NCBI RefSeq assembly: GCF_000009045.1
Contig: NC_000964.3
Location: forward strand, 180,001 to 212,000
DNA from: Bacillus subtilis subsp. subtilis str. 168
GTDB taxonomy: Bacteria; Bacillota; Bacilli; Bacillales; Bacillaceae
Direction of reading: 5' to 3'
DNA length: 32,000 nt
Below the pieces are notes generated by a model, which made no database searches, was not told the origin of the DNA, and worked only from the letters and a program-made list of their open reading frames with translations. How positions within the stretch are numbered: position 1 is the first letter of the stretch; each line of letters starts with the position of its first letter. Position numbers and translations under genes: made by a program. Of this stretch, positions 18,497-26,940 are shown in pieces.

Positions 18497-19843
18497 ATGG
18501 GCAAGTATTTTGGAACAGACGGTGTAAGAGGTGTCGCCAATAGTGAGCTTACACCTGAGCTGGCCTTTAAAGTCGGACGTTTCGGCGGTTATGTGCTGAC
18601 AAAAGACAAACAACGTCCAAAAGTGCTGATAGGCCGCGATACACGCATCTCCGGCCATATGCTGGAGGGAGCCCTTGTCGCCGGACTTTTATCCATTGGC
18701 GCAGAAGTCATGCGCCTGGGTGTCATTTCTACACCAGGTGTATCTTATTTGACAAAAGCGATGGATGCAGAGGCGGGCGTCATGATTTCCGCTTCTCATA
18801 ACCCAGTGCAGGATAACGGCATCAAATTCTTTGGGGGAGATGGATTTAAGCTTTCTGATGAACAGGAGGCTGAAATTGAGCGCCTGATGGACGAACCTGA
18901 GGATAAGCTGCCAAGACCTGTCGGAGCAGACCTTGGACTTGTAAACGATTATTTTGAAGGCGGACAAAAATATCTGCAATTCTTAAAACAGACAGCTGAT
19001 GAAGATTTCACAGGCATTCATGTGGCATTGGACTGTGCCAATGGCGCAACGTCATCCTTGGCGACACACCTGTTTGCTGATTTAGATGCAGATGTTTCTA
19101 CAATGGGGACTTCCCCGAACGGATTAAACATTAATGACGGCGTCGGTTCGACTCATCCCGAAGCGCTCAGCGCGTTTGTCAAAGAGAAAAACGCGGATCT
19201 CGGTCTTGCGTTCGACGGTGACGGCGACCGCCTGATTGCTGTCGATGAAAAAGGAAATATTGTAGACGGCGACCAAATCATGTACATATGCTCAAAACAT
19301 CTGAAATCAGAGGGCCGTTTAAAGGATGATACAGTGGTTTCAACCGTGATGAGCAACCTCGGCTTCTATAAGGCGCTCGAAAAAGAAGGCATCAAAAGCG
19401 TGCAGACAGCTGTCGGCGACCGCTACGTAGTAGAAGCAATGAAAAAAGACGGCTACAACGTCGGCGGAGAGCAGTCAGGACATCTTATTTTCCTTGATTA
19501 CAACACGACAGGGGACGGATTATTGTCTGCTATTATGCTGATGAACACTTTAAAAGCAACAGGCAAGCCGCTGTCAGAGCTTGCAGCTGAAATGCAGAAG
19601 TTCCCGCAGCTGTTAGTCAATGTGAGAGTGACTGATAAATATAAAGTTGAAGAAAATGAAAAAGTAAAAGCAGTTATTTCTGAAGTTGAAAAAGAAATGA
19701 ACGGCGACGGCCGGATTTTGGTGCGCCCTTCAGGAACTGAACCGCTCGTCCGTGTCATGGCTGAAGCGAAGACGAAAGAGCTGTGCGATGAGTATGTCAA
19801 TCGCATTGTTGAAGTCGTCCGGTCAGAAATGGGATTAGAGTAA
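18497..19843 (+). CDS. glmM: Phosphoglucosamine mutase
   Basis: 448-aa ORF; [10 protein letters not shown] start and catalytic serine loop [26 protein letters not shown] metal loop. Confidence 0.97.
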   Translation: MGKYFGTDGVRGVANSELTPELAFKVGRFGGYVLTKDKQRPKVLIGRDTRISGHMLEGALVAGLLSIGAEVMRLGVISTPGVSYLTKAMDAEAGVMISASHNPVQDNGIKFFGGDGFKLSDEQEAEIERLMDEPEDKLPRPVGADLGLVNDYFEGGQKYLQFLKQTADEDFTGIHVALDCANGATSSLATHLFADLDADVSTMGTSPNGLNINDGVGSTHPEALSAFVKEKNADLGLAFDGDGDRLIAVDEKGNIVDGDQIMYICSKHLKSEGRLKDDTVVSTVMSNLGFYKALEKEGIKSVQTAVGDRYVVEAMKKDGYNVGGEQSGHLIFLDYNTTGDGLLSAIMLMNTLKATGKPLSELAAEMQKFPQLLVNVRVTDKYKVEENEKVKAVISEVEKEMNGDGRILVRPSGTEPLVRVMAEAKTKELCDEYVNRIVEVVRSEMGLE

Positions 19844-19930
19844 CGAAGTCTATTATCAGAGAGTGAACAAGACAAGCGAGGTTTACATAAGATAATTGTG
19901 AGACATACGGCAAAGTTGCTTAAAAAACAA

Positions 19931-19959
19931 TTGACCGTTTATGCCACATGTTGTAAAAT
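19931..19959 (+). promoter_or_regulatory. Probable sigma-A promoter for glmS upstream of the ribozyme
   Basis: TTGACC (19931-19936), 17-nt spacer, TAAAAT (19954-19959); start would be roughly 60 nt before the ribozyme cleavage site. Confidence 0.6.
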
Positions 19960-20021
19960 CAAGCTTGTCTTGTTCTTATTTTCTCAATAGGAAAAGAAGA
20001 CGGGATTATTGCTTTACCTAT

Positions 20022-20192
20022 AATTATAGCGCCCGAACTAAGCGCCCGGAAAAAGGCTTAGTTGACGAGGATGGAGGTTATCGAATTTTCGGCGGATGCC
20101 TCCCGGCTGAGTGTGCAGATCACAGCCGTAAGGATTTCTTCAAACCAAGGGGGTGACTCCTTGAACAAAGAGAAATCACATGATCTTCCAAA
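20022..20192 (+). ncRNA. glmS ribozyme (GlcN6P-responsive self-cleaving riboswitch); predicted cleavage between A20028 and G20029
   Basis: Characteristic sequence AGCGCCCGAACTAAGCGCCCGGAAAAAGGCTTAGTTGACGAGGATGGAGGTTATCGAATTTTCGGCGGATGCCTCCCGGCTGAGTG...CAGATCACAGCCGTAAGGATTTCTTCAAACCAAGGGGGTGACTCCTTGAACAAAGAGAAATCACATGATC in the glmS 5' leader. The exact 3' boundary is approximate. Confidence 0.96.
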
Positions 20193-20276
20193 AAACATGT
20201 AGGAGGGGACGATTGAAAGTCCCCTTGAAATTTGACTTTCTTCGTCTCCTTTTACAATCTTAGGAGGAAGAAAAAT

Positions 20277-22079
20277 ATGTGTGGAATCGTAGGTTATATC
20301 GGTCAGCTTGATGCGAAGGAAATTTTATTAAAAGGGTTAGAGAAGCTTGAGTATCGCGGTTATGACTCTGCTGGTATTGCTGTTGCCAACGAACAGGGAA
20401 TCCATGTGTTCAAAGAAAAAGGACGCATTGCAGATCTTCGTGAAGTTGTGGATGCCAATGTAGAAGCGAAAGCCGGAATTGGGCATACTCGCTGGGCGAC
20501 ACACGGCGAACCAAGCTATCTGAACGCTCACCCGCATCAAAGCGCACTGGGCCGCTTTACACTTGTTCACAACGGCGTGATCGAGAACTATGTTCAGCTG
20601 AAGCAAGAGTATTTGCAAGATGTAGAGCTCAAAAGTGACACCGATACAGAAGTAGTCGTTCAAGTAATCGAGCAATTCGTCAATGGAGGACTTGAGACAG
20701 AAGAAGCGTTCCGCAAAACACTTACACTGTTAAAAGGCTCTTATGCAATTGCTTTATTCGATAACGACAACAGAGAAACGATTTTTGTAGCGAAAAACAA
20801 AAGCCCTCTATTAGTAGGTCTTGGAGATACATTCAACGTCGTAGCATCTGATGCGATGGCGATGCTTCAAGTAACCAACGAATACGTAGAGCTGATGGAT
20901 AAAGAAATGGTTATCGTCACTGATGACCAAGTTGTCATCAAAAACCTTGATGGTGACGTGATTACACGTGCGTCTTATATTGCTGAGCTTGATGCCAGTG
21001 ATATCGAAAAAGGCACGTACCCTCACTACATGTTGAAAGAAACGGATGAGCAGCCTGTTGTTATGCGCAAAATCATCCAAACGTATCAAGATGAAAACGG
21101 CAAGCTGTCTGTGCCTGGCGATATCGCTGCCGCTGTAGCGGAAGCGGACCGCATCTATATCATTGGCTGCGGAACAAGCTACCATGCAGGACTTGTCGGT
21201 AAACAATATATTGAAATGTGGGCAAACGTGCCGGTTGAAGTGCATGTAGCGAGTGAATTCTCCTACAACATGCCGCTTCTGTCTAAGAAACCGCTCTTCA
21301 TTTTCCTTTCTCAAAGCGGAGAAACAGCAGACAGCCGCGCGGTACTCGTTCAAGTCAAAGCGCTCGGACACAAAGCCCTGACAATCACAAACGTACCTGG
21401 ATCAACGCTTTCTCGTGAAGCTGACTATACATTGCTGCTTCATGCAGGCCCTGAGATCGCTGTTGCGTCAACGAAAGCATACACTGCACAAATCGCAGTT
21501 CTGGCGGTTCTTGCTTCTGTGGCTGCTGACAAAAATGGCATCAATATCGGATTTGACCTCGTCAAAGAACTCGGTATCGCTGCAAACGCAATGGAAGCTC
21601 TATGCGACCAGAAAGACGAAATGGAAATGATCGCTCGTGAATACCTGACTGTATCCAGAAATGCTTTCTTCATCGGACGCGGCCTTGACTACTTCGTATG
21701 TGTCGAAGGCGCACTGAAGCTGAAAGAGATTTCTTACATCCAGGCAGAAGGTTTTGCCGGCGGTGAGCTAAAGCACGGAACGATTGCCTTGATCGAACAA
21801 GGAACACCAGTATTCGCACTGGCAACTCAAGAGCATGTAAACCTAAGCATCCGCGGAAACGTCAAAGAAGTTGCTGCTCGCGGAGCAAACACATGCATCA
21901 TCTCACTGAAAGGCCTAGACGATGCGGATGACAGATTCGTATTGCCGGAAGTAAACCCAGCGCTTGCTCCGTTGGTATCTGTTGTTCCATTGCAGCTGAT
22001 CGCTTACTATGCTGCACTGCATCGCGGCTGTGATGTGGATAAACCTCGTAACCTTGCGAAGAGTGTTACTGTGGAGTAA
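20277..22079 (+). CDS. glmS: Glutamine-fructose-6-phosphate aminotransferase (isomerizing)
   Basis: 600-aa protein starting [11 protein letters not shown] after SD TAGGAGGAAG; glutaminase and SIS domains, C-terminal NLAKSVTVE. Track ORF over-extended by 15 aa. Confidence 0.97.
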   Translation: MCGIVGYIGQLDAKEILLKGLEKLEYRGYDSAGIAVANEQGIHVFKEKGRIADLREVVDANVEAKAGIGHTRWATHGEPSYLNAHPHQSALGRFTLVHNGVIENYVQLKQEYLQDVELKSDTDTEVVVQVIEQFVNGGLETEEAFRKTLTLLKGSYAIALFDNDNRETIFVAKNKSPLLVGLGDTFNVVASDAMAMLQVTNEYVELMDKEMVIVTDDQVVIKNLDGDVITRASYIAELDASDIEKGTYPHYMLKETDEQPVVMRKIIQTYQDENGKLSVPGDIAAAVAEADRIYIIGCGTSYHAGLVGKQYIEMWANVPVEVHVASEFSYNMPLLSKKPLFIFLSQSGETADSRAVLVQVKALGHKALTITNVPGSTLSREADYTLLLHAGPEIAVASTKAYTAQIAVLAVLASVAADKNGINIGFDLVKELGIAANAMEALCDQKDEMEMIAREYLTVSRNAFFIGRGLDYFVCVEGALKLKEISYIQAEGFAGGELKHGTIALIEQGTPVFALATQEHVNLSIRGNVKEVAARGANTCIISLKGLDDADDRFVLPEVNPALAPLVSVVPLQLIAYYAALHRGCDVDKPRNLAKSVTVE

Positions 22080-22089
22080 TAAATGTTTA

Positions 22090-22125
22090 ACCCCTTTGGA
22101 TAAGATTATCTAAAGGGGTGTTTTT
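22090..22125 (+). terminator. Terminator of glmS
   Basis: ACCCCTTTGGATAA-GA-TTATCTAAAGGGGT hairpin (22090-22119) followed by GTTTTT. Confidence 0.88.
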
Positions 22126-22456
22126 ATGTCCAAAAGCGAAAGAACGTCTACAGTGGAAAAATGGATTAAAGAAGTTGATGGTACAGGACCCGACTATCGA
22201 TCGACCATGGCTATAGATTTAAGATGTTTCCTCATTAGATCGGTCAATCAGGTTAAAAGGCATTAAAACTTGGAGAGAAACTGCTTTTGCCTAACTGAGT
22301 TTTCTAATGTTAATACAGATATAAGAGAGCAGTTCCTCATTAAGATACGCTTTTGATAGCAGTTGGAATTTAGCATGCTAGAAATCCGAAAACCGGAGAG
22401 CCTATTGGAATGATAACGTGTTTTTTTATTGACAATTAATAAAGGGCAAAGAATTC
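22126..22456 (+). pseudogene. Degenerate TnsA (Tn7-like transposase endonuclease subunit) relic; its first intact stretch is a 46-codon ORF 22126-22266 (ybbU-like)
   Basis: Frame 0: MSKSERTSTVEKWIKEVDGTGPDYRSTMAIDLRCFLIRSVNQVKRH*NLERNCFCLTEFSNVNTDIREQF...; after a +1 shift: KSENRRAYWNDNVFFY*QLIKGKEF (22382-22456). From memory, Tn7 TnsA has RIKEGRGQG..KDYIPWLTVQEVPSSGRS, SDLELAVFLSLEWESSVLDIREQF and KLELERRYWQQKQIPWFIFTDKEI; the three blocks align in order. Confidence 0.7.
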
Positions 22457-22546
22457 TAGAAGTCGCACTTACAATGTACTTGTGGGATTAGGTTTTAAAG
22501 TTCATTCTTTTTTTATTGAGTACATTCCGGTTAAAGTTGAAATGAT

Positions 22547-23458
22547 TCAGTAAAGGACACGCCATAAATAAAAGGTAGCGTATGATTGCCATTCTTTCCA
22601 TGGAACCGATATTTCTAAGATTTCATCTTTCGTAGGCTTTCGGTTCATATTACGTAATATTTTTATCGAATGAATAAGACCCACATCATCGATTGGAAAA
22701 GCTGTCGGGAACCTAAGGCAGCGCATTAGAACATAATTGGCTGTCCAAGGACCGATTCCTCGTATTTTAATTAAGTTTTTTTCAGCATCTTTAAAGTTCA
22801 TTTTCATTAATTTTTCCCTCGATAATTCTCCACTTGCCATTAATCTGGCTATTCCAATGATATATTCACTTTTTTTCACCGTCATTTTAATATCTGCCAG
22901 GTCGGTAGGGGTTAACCGTGCAATTCGCTCGTACGGTGGGAACACCCAATACTTTTTACCATTCCATTCAATAGAATCGCCAAATGCTTCTACAAATTGC
23001 TTCTTTAAGGAGTACGCGAAGGCTAAGTTAATTTGTTGCCCTAAAACTCCCCAACATAAAGCTTCAAATAAATCGGGAATGCCGATCACTCGCAACCCAT
23101 AAAATTTTCGGGCAGGCATTTTAAGTAATGGATCTGCTTTTGCCATTTCATAAAATGGAGTTAAATCGTTATCAAGATCAAACCATTCATGAATATATTT
23201 TACAATCTCTTCCCGTTTCCACTGCTCAACAGGTCTAGAATCGTTTAGGAATTGAACAATCATTTGTTTATTATTGATTACGCTTACCTGCACTAAGGAC
23301 CGAATTTCCCCAATGGCTATAACTTTTGTAATGATATTGTTCTCTATTTCATACATGCATTCATTTTTTTCCCTGGTTAGGTAGCCAAGGTTCGCATTCA
23401 TGTCGAAAATTTCAGGTAATGTAATGACAATAACATCATTGACTTCATGCCATGTCAC
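22547..23458 (-). CDS. alkA: DNA-3-methyladenine glycosylase (AlkA type)
   Basis: 303-aa ORF; HhH-GPD motif (FKDAEKNLIKIRGIGPWTANYVLMRCLRFPTAFPIDDVGL) and ALCWGVLGQQINLAFAY; divergent from adaAB. Confidence 0.92.
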   Translation of the reverse strand: MTWHEVNDVIVITLPEIFDMNANLGYLTREKNECMYEIENNIITKVIAIGEIRSLVQVSVINNKQMIVQFLNDSRPVEQWKREEIVKYIHEWFDLDNDLTPFYEMAKADPLLKMPARKFYGLRVIGIPDLFEALCWGVLGQQINLAFAYSLKKQFVEAFGDSIEWNGKKYWVFPPYERIARLTPTDLADIKMTVKKSEYIIGIARLMASGELSREKLMKMNFKDAEKNLIKIRGIGPWTANYVLMRCLRFPTAFPIDDVGLIHSIKILRNMNRKPTKDEILEISVPWKEWQSYATFYLWRVLY

Positions 23459-23728
23459 TTTTTCATTCTCCTTATCTTAAATAATTATAAGAAAACTCAC
23501 GCTGGTTGAAATTAGTTTATCACATAATCATCTTTACTCATTTTGTTATCTTGCTATTACATTCTAACCACCTTATTTTTTTCTATTTATGAGGTTATAG
23601 TGTAGTTATCAAGAATGCTAAACGGGAGTAGATAAAAATGGCCCAAGATATAAAAAACGCGTGTCGAAAATTTAAATTGGGATTCAATTCAAAGAATTAG
23701 ATGAGCATTGTAAGGAGAGGTGAGATAA

Positions 23729-24364
23729 ATGCCGGATAGTATCAATAACGGACATAAAGAGAGCCATGATCATAGAATTTCGAATGATGCAGAAATGATA
23801 ACAGATGAAAAGTGGCAAGCAATTATAAATAATGATGCAGCGTACAATAATCAATTTTTCTACGCTGTTAAATCGACAGGGATATTCTGTAAACCATCCT
23901 GTAAATCTCGCGTTCCGAAAAAAGAAAATGTATGTATCTTTCCAAACACAGAACAAGCTCTCCGCGCAAATTTTCGCCCTTGTAAACGTTGCAAGCCCAC
24001 TAATGAAAAAATGCCTGATAGCGAGTGGGTTGATTTAATTACTGAATACATTGATAAAAATTTCACAGAAAAATTAACGCTAGAATCGTTAGCAGATATT
24101 TGTCATGGGAGTCCGTATCATATGCATCGAACATTTAAAAAAATTAAAGGCATTACGCTGGTTGAGTATATACAACAAGTTAGAGTACACGCGGCTAAAA
24201 AGTATTTGATTCAGACAAATAAAGCGATTGGAGATATCGCTATATGTGTGGGTATAGCTAACGCGCCTTATTTTATTACTTTATTTAAAAAGAAAACTGG
24301 ACAGACACCAGCACGATTTCGTCAAATGAGTAAAATGGAGGAAACGTACAATGGAAACAAATAA
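23729..24364 (+). CDS. adaA: Methylphosphotriester-DNA methyltransferase / AraC-type activator AdaA
   Basis: 211-aa ORF: Ada Zn domain (FFYAVKSTGIFCKPSCKSRVPKKENVCIF...NFRPCKRCKP) plus AraC HTH. Confidence 0.95.
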   Translation: MPDSINNGHKESHDHRISNDAEMITDEKWQAIINNDAAYNNQFFYAVKSTGIFCKPSCKSRVPKKENVCIFPNTEQALRANFRPCKRCKPTNEKMPDSEWVDLITEYIDKNFTEKLTLESLADICHGSPYHMHRTFKKIKGITLVEYIQQVRVHAAKKYLIQTNKAIGDIAICVGIANAPYFITLFKKKTGQTPARFRQMSKMEETYNGNK

Positions 24365-24890
24365 ACCAACCCTTTATTGGTCTTTACTAATGTTCAAGGA
24401 TTGGAATTTTTATATTGCTTCAACTTTAAAGGGGCTTGTGTTTGTAGGTTCACAGAACAAACCAATCGAGGAATTGTTCGAATGGGCTAGGAAACGCTTT
24501 CCGGGAAGTCTTCTTGTTGAAGATGATGATAAGCTTGAACCCTATGCCGTTGAAATCACTCAATATCTAGAAGGAAAGCGGAAAAACTTTACTGTTCCAG
24601 TTGAGTACGCCGGTACGCAATTTCAGCTAGCCGTCTGGAATGCACTTTGTGAAATTCCTTATGGACAGACGAAATCCTATTCCGACATTGCAAATGATAT
24701 AAATAAACCAGCAGCTGTTCGTGCTGTAGGTGCGGCTATTGGGGCTAATCCGGTATTAATTACTGTACCGTGCCATCGTGTAATAGGAAAGAATGGCTCA
24801 TTAACTGGCTATCGGGGCGGATTTGAAATGAAGACACTGCTCCTCGATCTGGAAAAGCGAGCTTCATCTGAAATGGATGTTCCTCATTGA
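24351..24890 (+). CDS. adaB: O6-methylguanine-DNA methyltransferase AdaB
   Basis: 179-aa ORF, 14-nt overlap with adaA, active site ITVPCHRVIGKNGSLTGYRGG. Confidence 0.95.
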   Translation: METNKPTLYWSLLMFKDWNFYIASTLKGLVFVGSQNKPIEELFEWARKRFPGSLLVEDDDKLEPYAVEITQYLEGKRKNFTVPVEYAGTQFQLAVWNALCEIPYGQTKSYSDIANDINKPAAVRAVGAAIGANPVLITVPCHRVIGKNGSLTGYRGGFEMKTLLLDLEKRASSEMDVPH

Positions 24891-25231
24891 AAGTGAATCA
24901 TCTATAATGGGTTGGATTCTTTTAGAGGAAAGTAAAGACCAGTTTACTGATAAACTTGACAACTTTTAAAATTTAGCATATCTTATACGTAACTTAATAA
25001 TCGATGCAGATGTTTATTTTTCCTTTTAAAATATGTAGGCCTTTAGCATTCTTTTCATATTTCATTTTAAATATTGATAGGATGAAAAAGTATCCTAATA
25101 AAAAAGGAAGAGAACATGAGTCGATTTATTTGATAATCAGGACTATATTAAAGGAAATGAAAACATAGCATAAAGTAAAGACCAATAATAAGGTAGCTCT
25201 TCAAAAAACTTCGCTGAAGTTAGTTGAAGTG

Positions 25232-25299
25232 AAGCCGACAATTTTCAGGATTCAATGATCTAACATAATCATTGAAATTTTGAAGTTGTCGGCTTTTTT
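25232..25299 (+). terminator. Long terminator-like hairpin between adaB and the dab operon
   Basis: 28-nt arms AAGCCGACAATTTTCAGGATTCAATGAT (25232-25259) / ATCATTGAAATTTTGAAGTTGTCGGCTT (25268-25295), with the outer 10 and inner 9 positions perfectly complementary, 8-nt loop, then T6. Confidence 0.75.
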
Positions 25300-25408
25300 G
25301 TTGGAAAAAAATAGAGATAAATAAAAATTGAAATAAATAATAGACAAATATGATCTGATTGAAAGGTCTTTTGACCAATAATGAGTTTTAAAAAAGGGAG
25401 AATTTAGA

Positions 25409-26926
25409 ATGTTAGTTTCGCTGAGTTTGTCATCATTATTAACATTATTTTTTATTATGCTTATGGCTTCTGGGATTAGTGGACTATTGTTTTTACATCC
25501 GCGTGTACCCTTGAGTTTTGTTCGCATTCATATTGGGATCTTGGCTTTACCACTTTTGGTTTCCTTACTGATTCTTGCCAATAGTGGTGTGAGTGGAAAT
25601 GTTGGCCCTTGGCACTTAGATTCCTTAGCTTGTTTAATGACTTTCTTTGTTCTTGCAATTGGATTCATCATTCAGCGTTTTTCTGTACGTTACTTAATGG
25701 GGGATCGATCTTATCGAAAATATTTTACGCTTTTTACTTTCACAACAGGAGCTGCTTCAATGACATGGTTAAGTGGTGATCTCCGCTTGATGGTTCTATT
25801 TTGGGGAGCAACTCTTGTTGGTTTAACCTTACTTATAAGGTTAAACAGTGCTTGGCAAGTGGCTAGTGAAGCAGCCAAAATTTCTGGACGGTTATTTTTG
25901 TTAAGTTGGTTTTCTTTGTTTTTTGCGATGATGTGGCTTTTTCATGCCACAGGTCAATGGCAGCTATCATTGGTTGTAACAAATGAAAGTTTAGCTGGGC
26001 TGGGAGAATGGGAGAGAACAGGGATTCAGCTATTGATTGTACTGGCGGTGATCATTCCTGCAGCTCAATGGCCGTTCCAAAGATGGTTGGTTGAGTCTAT
26101 TGTTGCTCCCACCCCAGTTTCTGCAATTATGCATGCAGGTTTAGTAAATGCTGGAGGAATAATACTAACTCGATTTTCACCTCTATTTCATGGTGGTATC
26201 GCTTCGATTATCTTACTTCTGCTTGCTAGCATTTCTGTATTGATTGGAACTGGAATTAGTTTAGTTCAGGTTGATTATAAACGCCAGTTAGTAGGCTCCA
26301 CGATTGGACAAATGGGGTTTATGCTCATTCAGTGTGCATTAGGCGCCTATATAGCAGCCATTATTCACCTTATTTTACATGGTTTATTCAAGGCTACGTT
26401 GTTTCTACAGGCTGGTTCAGCAGTAGGGCGTCATGAAGTATCGACTCGCACTAATGAAAGAACATCCTATTTATGGGTCATGGCTGGTCGGATTTTATCC
26501 TTAGTTATAGGTGTTGCTTTTTGGCTCACTGCTCCTGGAGACGGGTATCACTTAATCAGTGCGCTGATCTTAGGGTGGTCATTGTCCGTTTCTTGGGATC
26601 AGCTTGTCGCTTTTGGAGAGGGCCGAATTGGCCGGATTGCCGGTTTAACTGTTTTAGGAGGAGCAGCCCTCGTATATTTTATCATTCATCACCTTTTCTA
26701 TAAGTGGCTGCATACAACCATTTTTCAAAGTGTTCAACCTCCAATGTCAGCTGTCATGATTGTCGTATGTCTCTTACTCTTTGGCAGTGCTTTAGGTACG
26801 TGGGTTGCTCGTCATCGTTCTTCCGTTTTTTTCGCGGTACTCTATCTTTGGTTAGTCCGATTAGGTGAAGCAAAACCAAAGTCAGTAGAGAGTCACCCAG
26901 ACTACCTTAAACAATATATTTCATAA
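25409..26926 (+). CDS. ndhF: NuoL/NdhF-like proton-translocating subunit, DabB (MpsA) partner of DabA
   Basis: 505-aa multi-TM ORF of the complex I ND5/antiporter family (PVSAIMHAGLVNAGGIILTRFSPLF; STIGQMGFMLIQCALGAYIAAIIHLILHGLFKATLFLQAGSAV), located directly before dabA. Confidence 0.9.
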   Translation: MLVSLSLSSLLTLFFIMLMASGISGLLFLHPRVPLSFVRIHIGILALPLLVSLLILANSGVSGNVGPWHLDSLACLMTFFVLAIGFIIQRFSVRYLMGDRSYRKYFTLFTFTTGAASMTWLSGDLRLMVLFWGATLVGLTLLIRLNSAWQVASEAAKISGRLFLLSWFSLFFAMMWLFHATGQWQLSLVVTNESLAGLGEWERTGIQLLIVLAVIIPAAQWPFQRWLVESIVAPTPVSAIMHAGLVNAGGIILTRFSPLFHGGIASIILLLLASISVLIGTGISLVQVDYKRQLVGSTIGQMGFMLIQCALGAYIAAIIHLILHGLFKATLFLQAGSAVGRHEVSTRTNERTSYLWVMAGRILSLVIGVAFWLTAPGDGYHLISALILGWSLSVSWDQLVAFGEGRIGRIAGLTVLGGAALVYFIIHHLFYKWLHTTIFQSVQPPMSAVMIVVCLLLFGSALGTWVARHRSSVFFAVLYLWLVRLGEAKPKSVESHPDYLKQYIS

Positions 26927-26940
26927 GGAGCTAATCTGAG

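Noticed and set aside
20019-20024. TATAAT just before the glmS ribozyme cleavage site
   Set aside because: No -35 at proper distance, and initiation there would start inside the ribozyme past the cleavage site; better promoter found at 19931-19959.
20811-21371. Minus-strand 186-aa ORF inside glmS
   Set aside because: Fully antisense to the well-supported glmS CDS; no recognisable domain or Shine-Dalgarno; typical shadow ORF.
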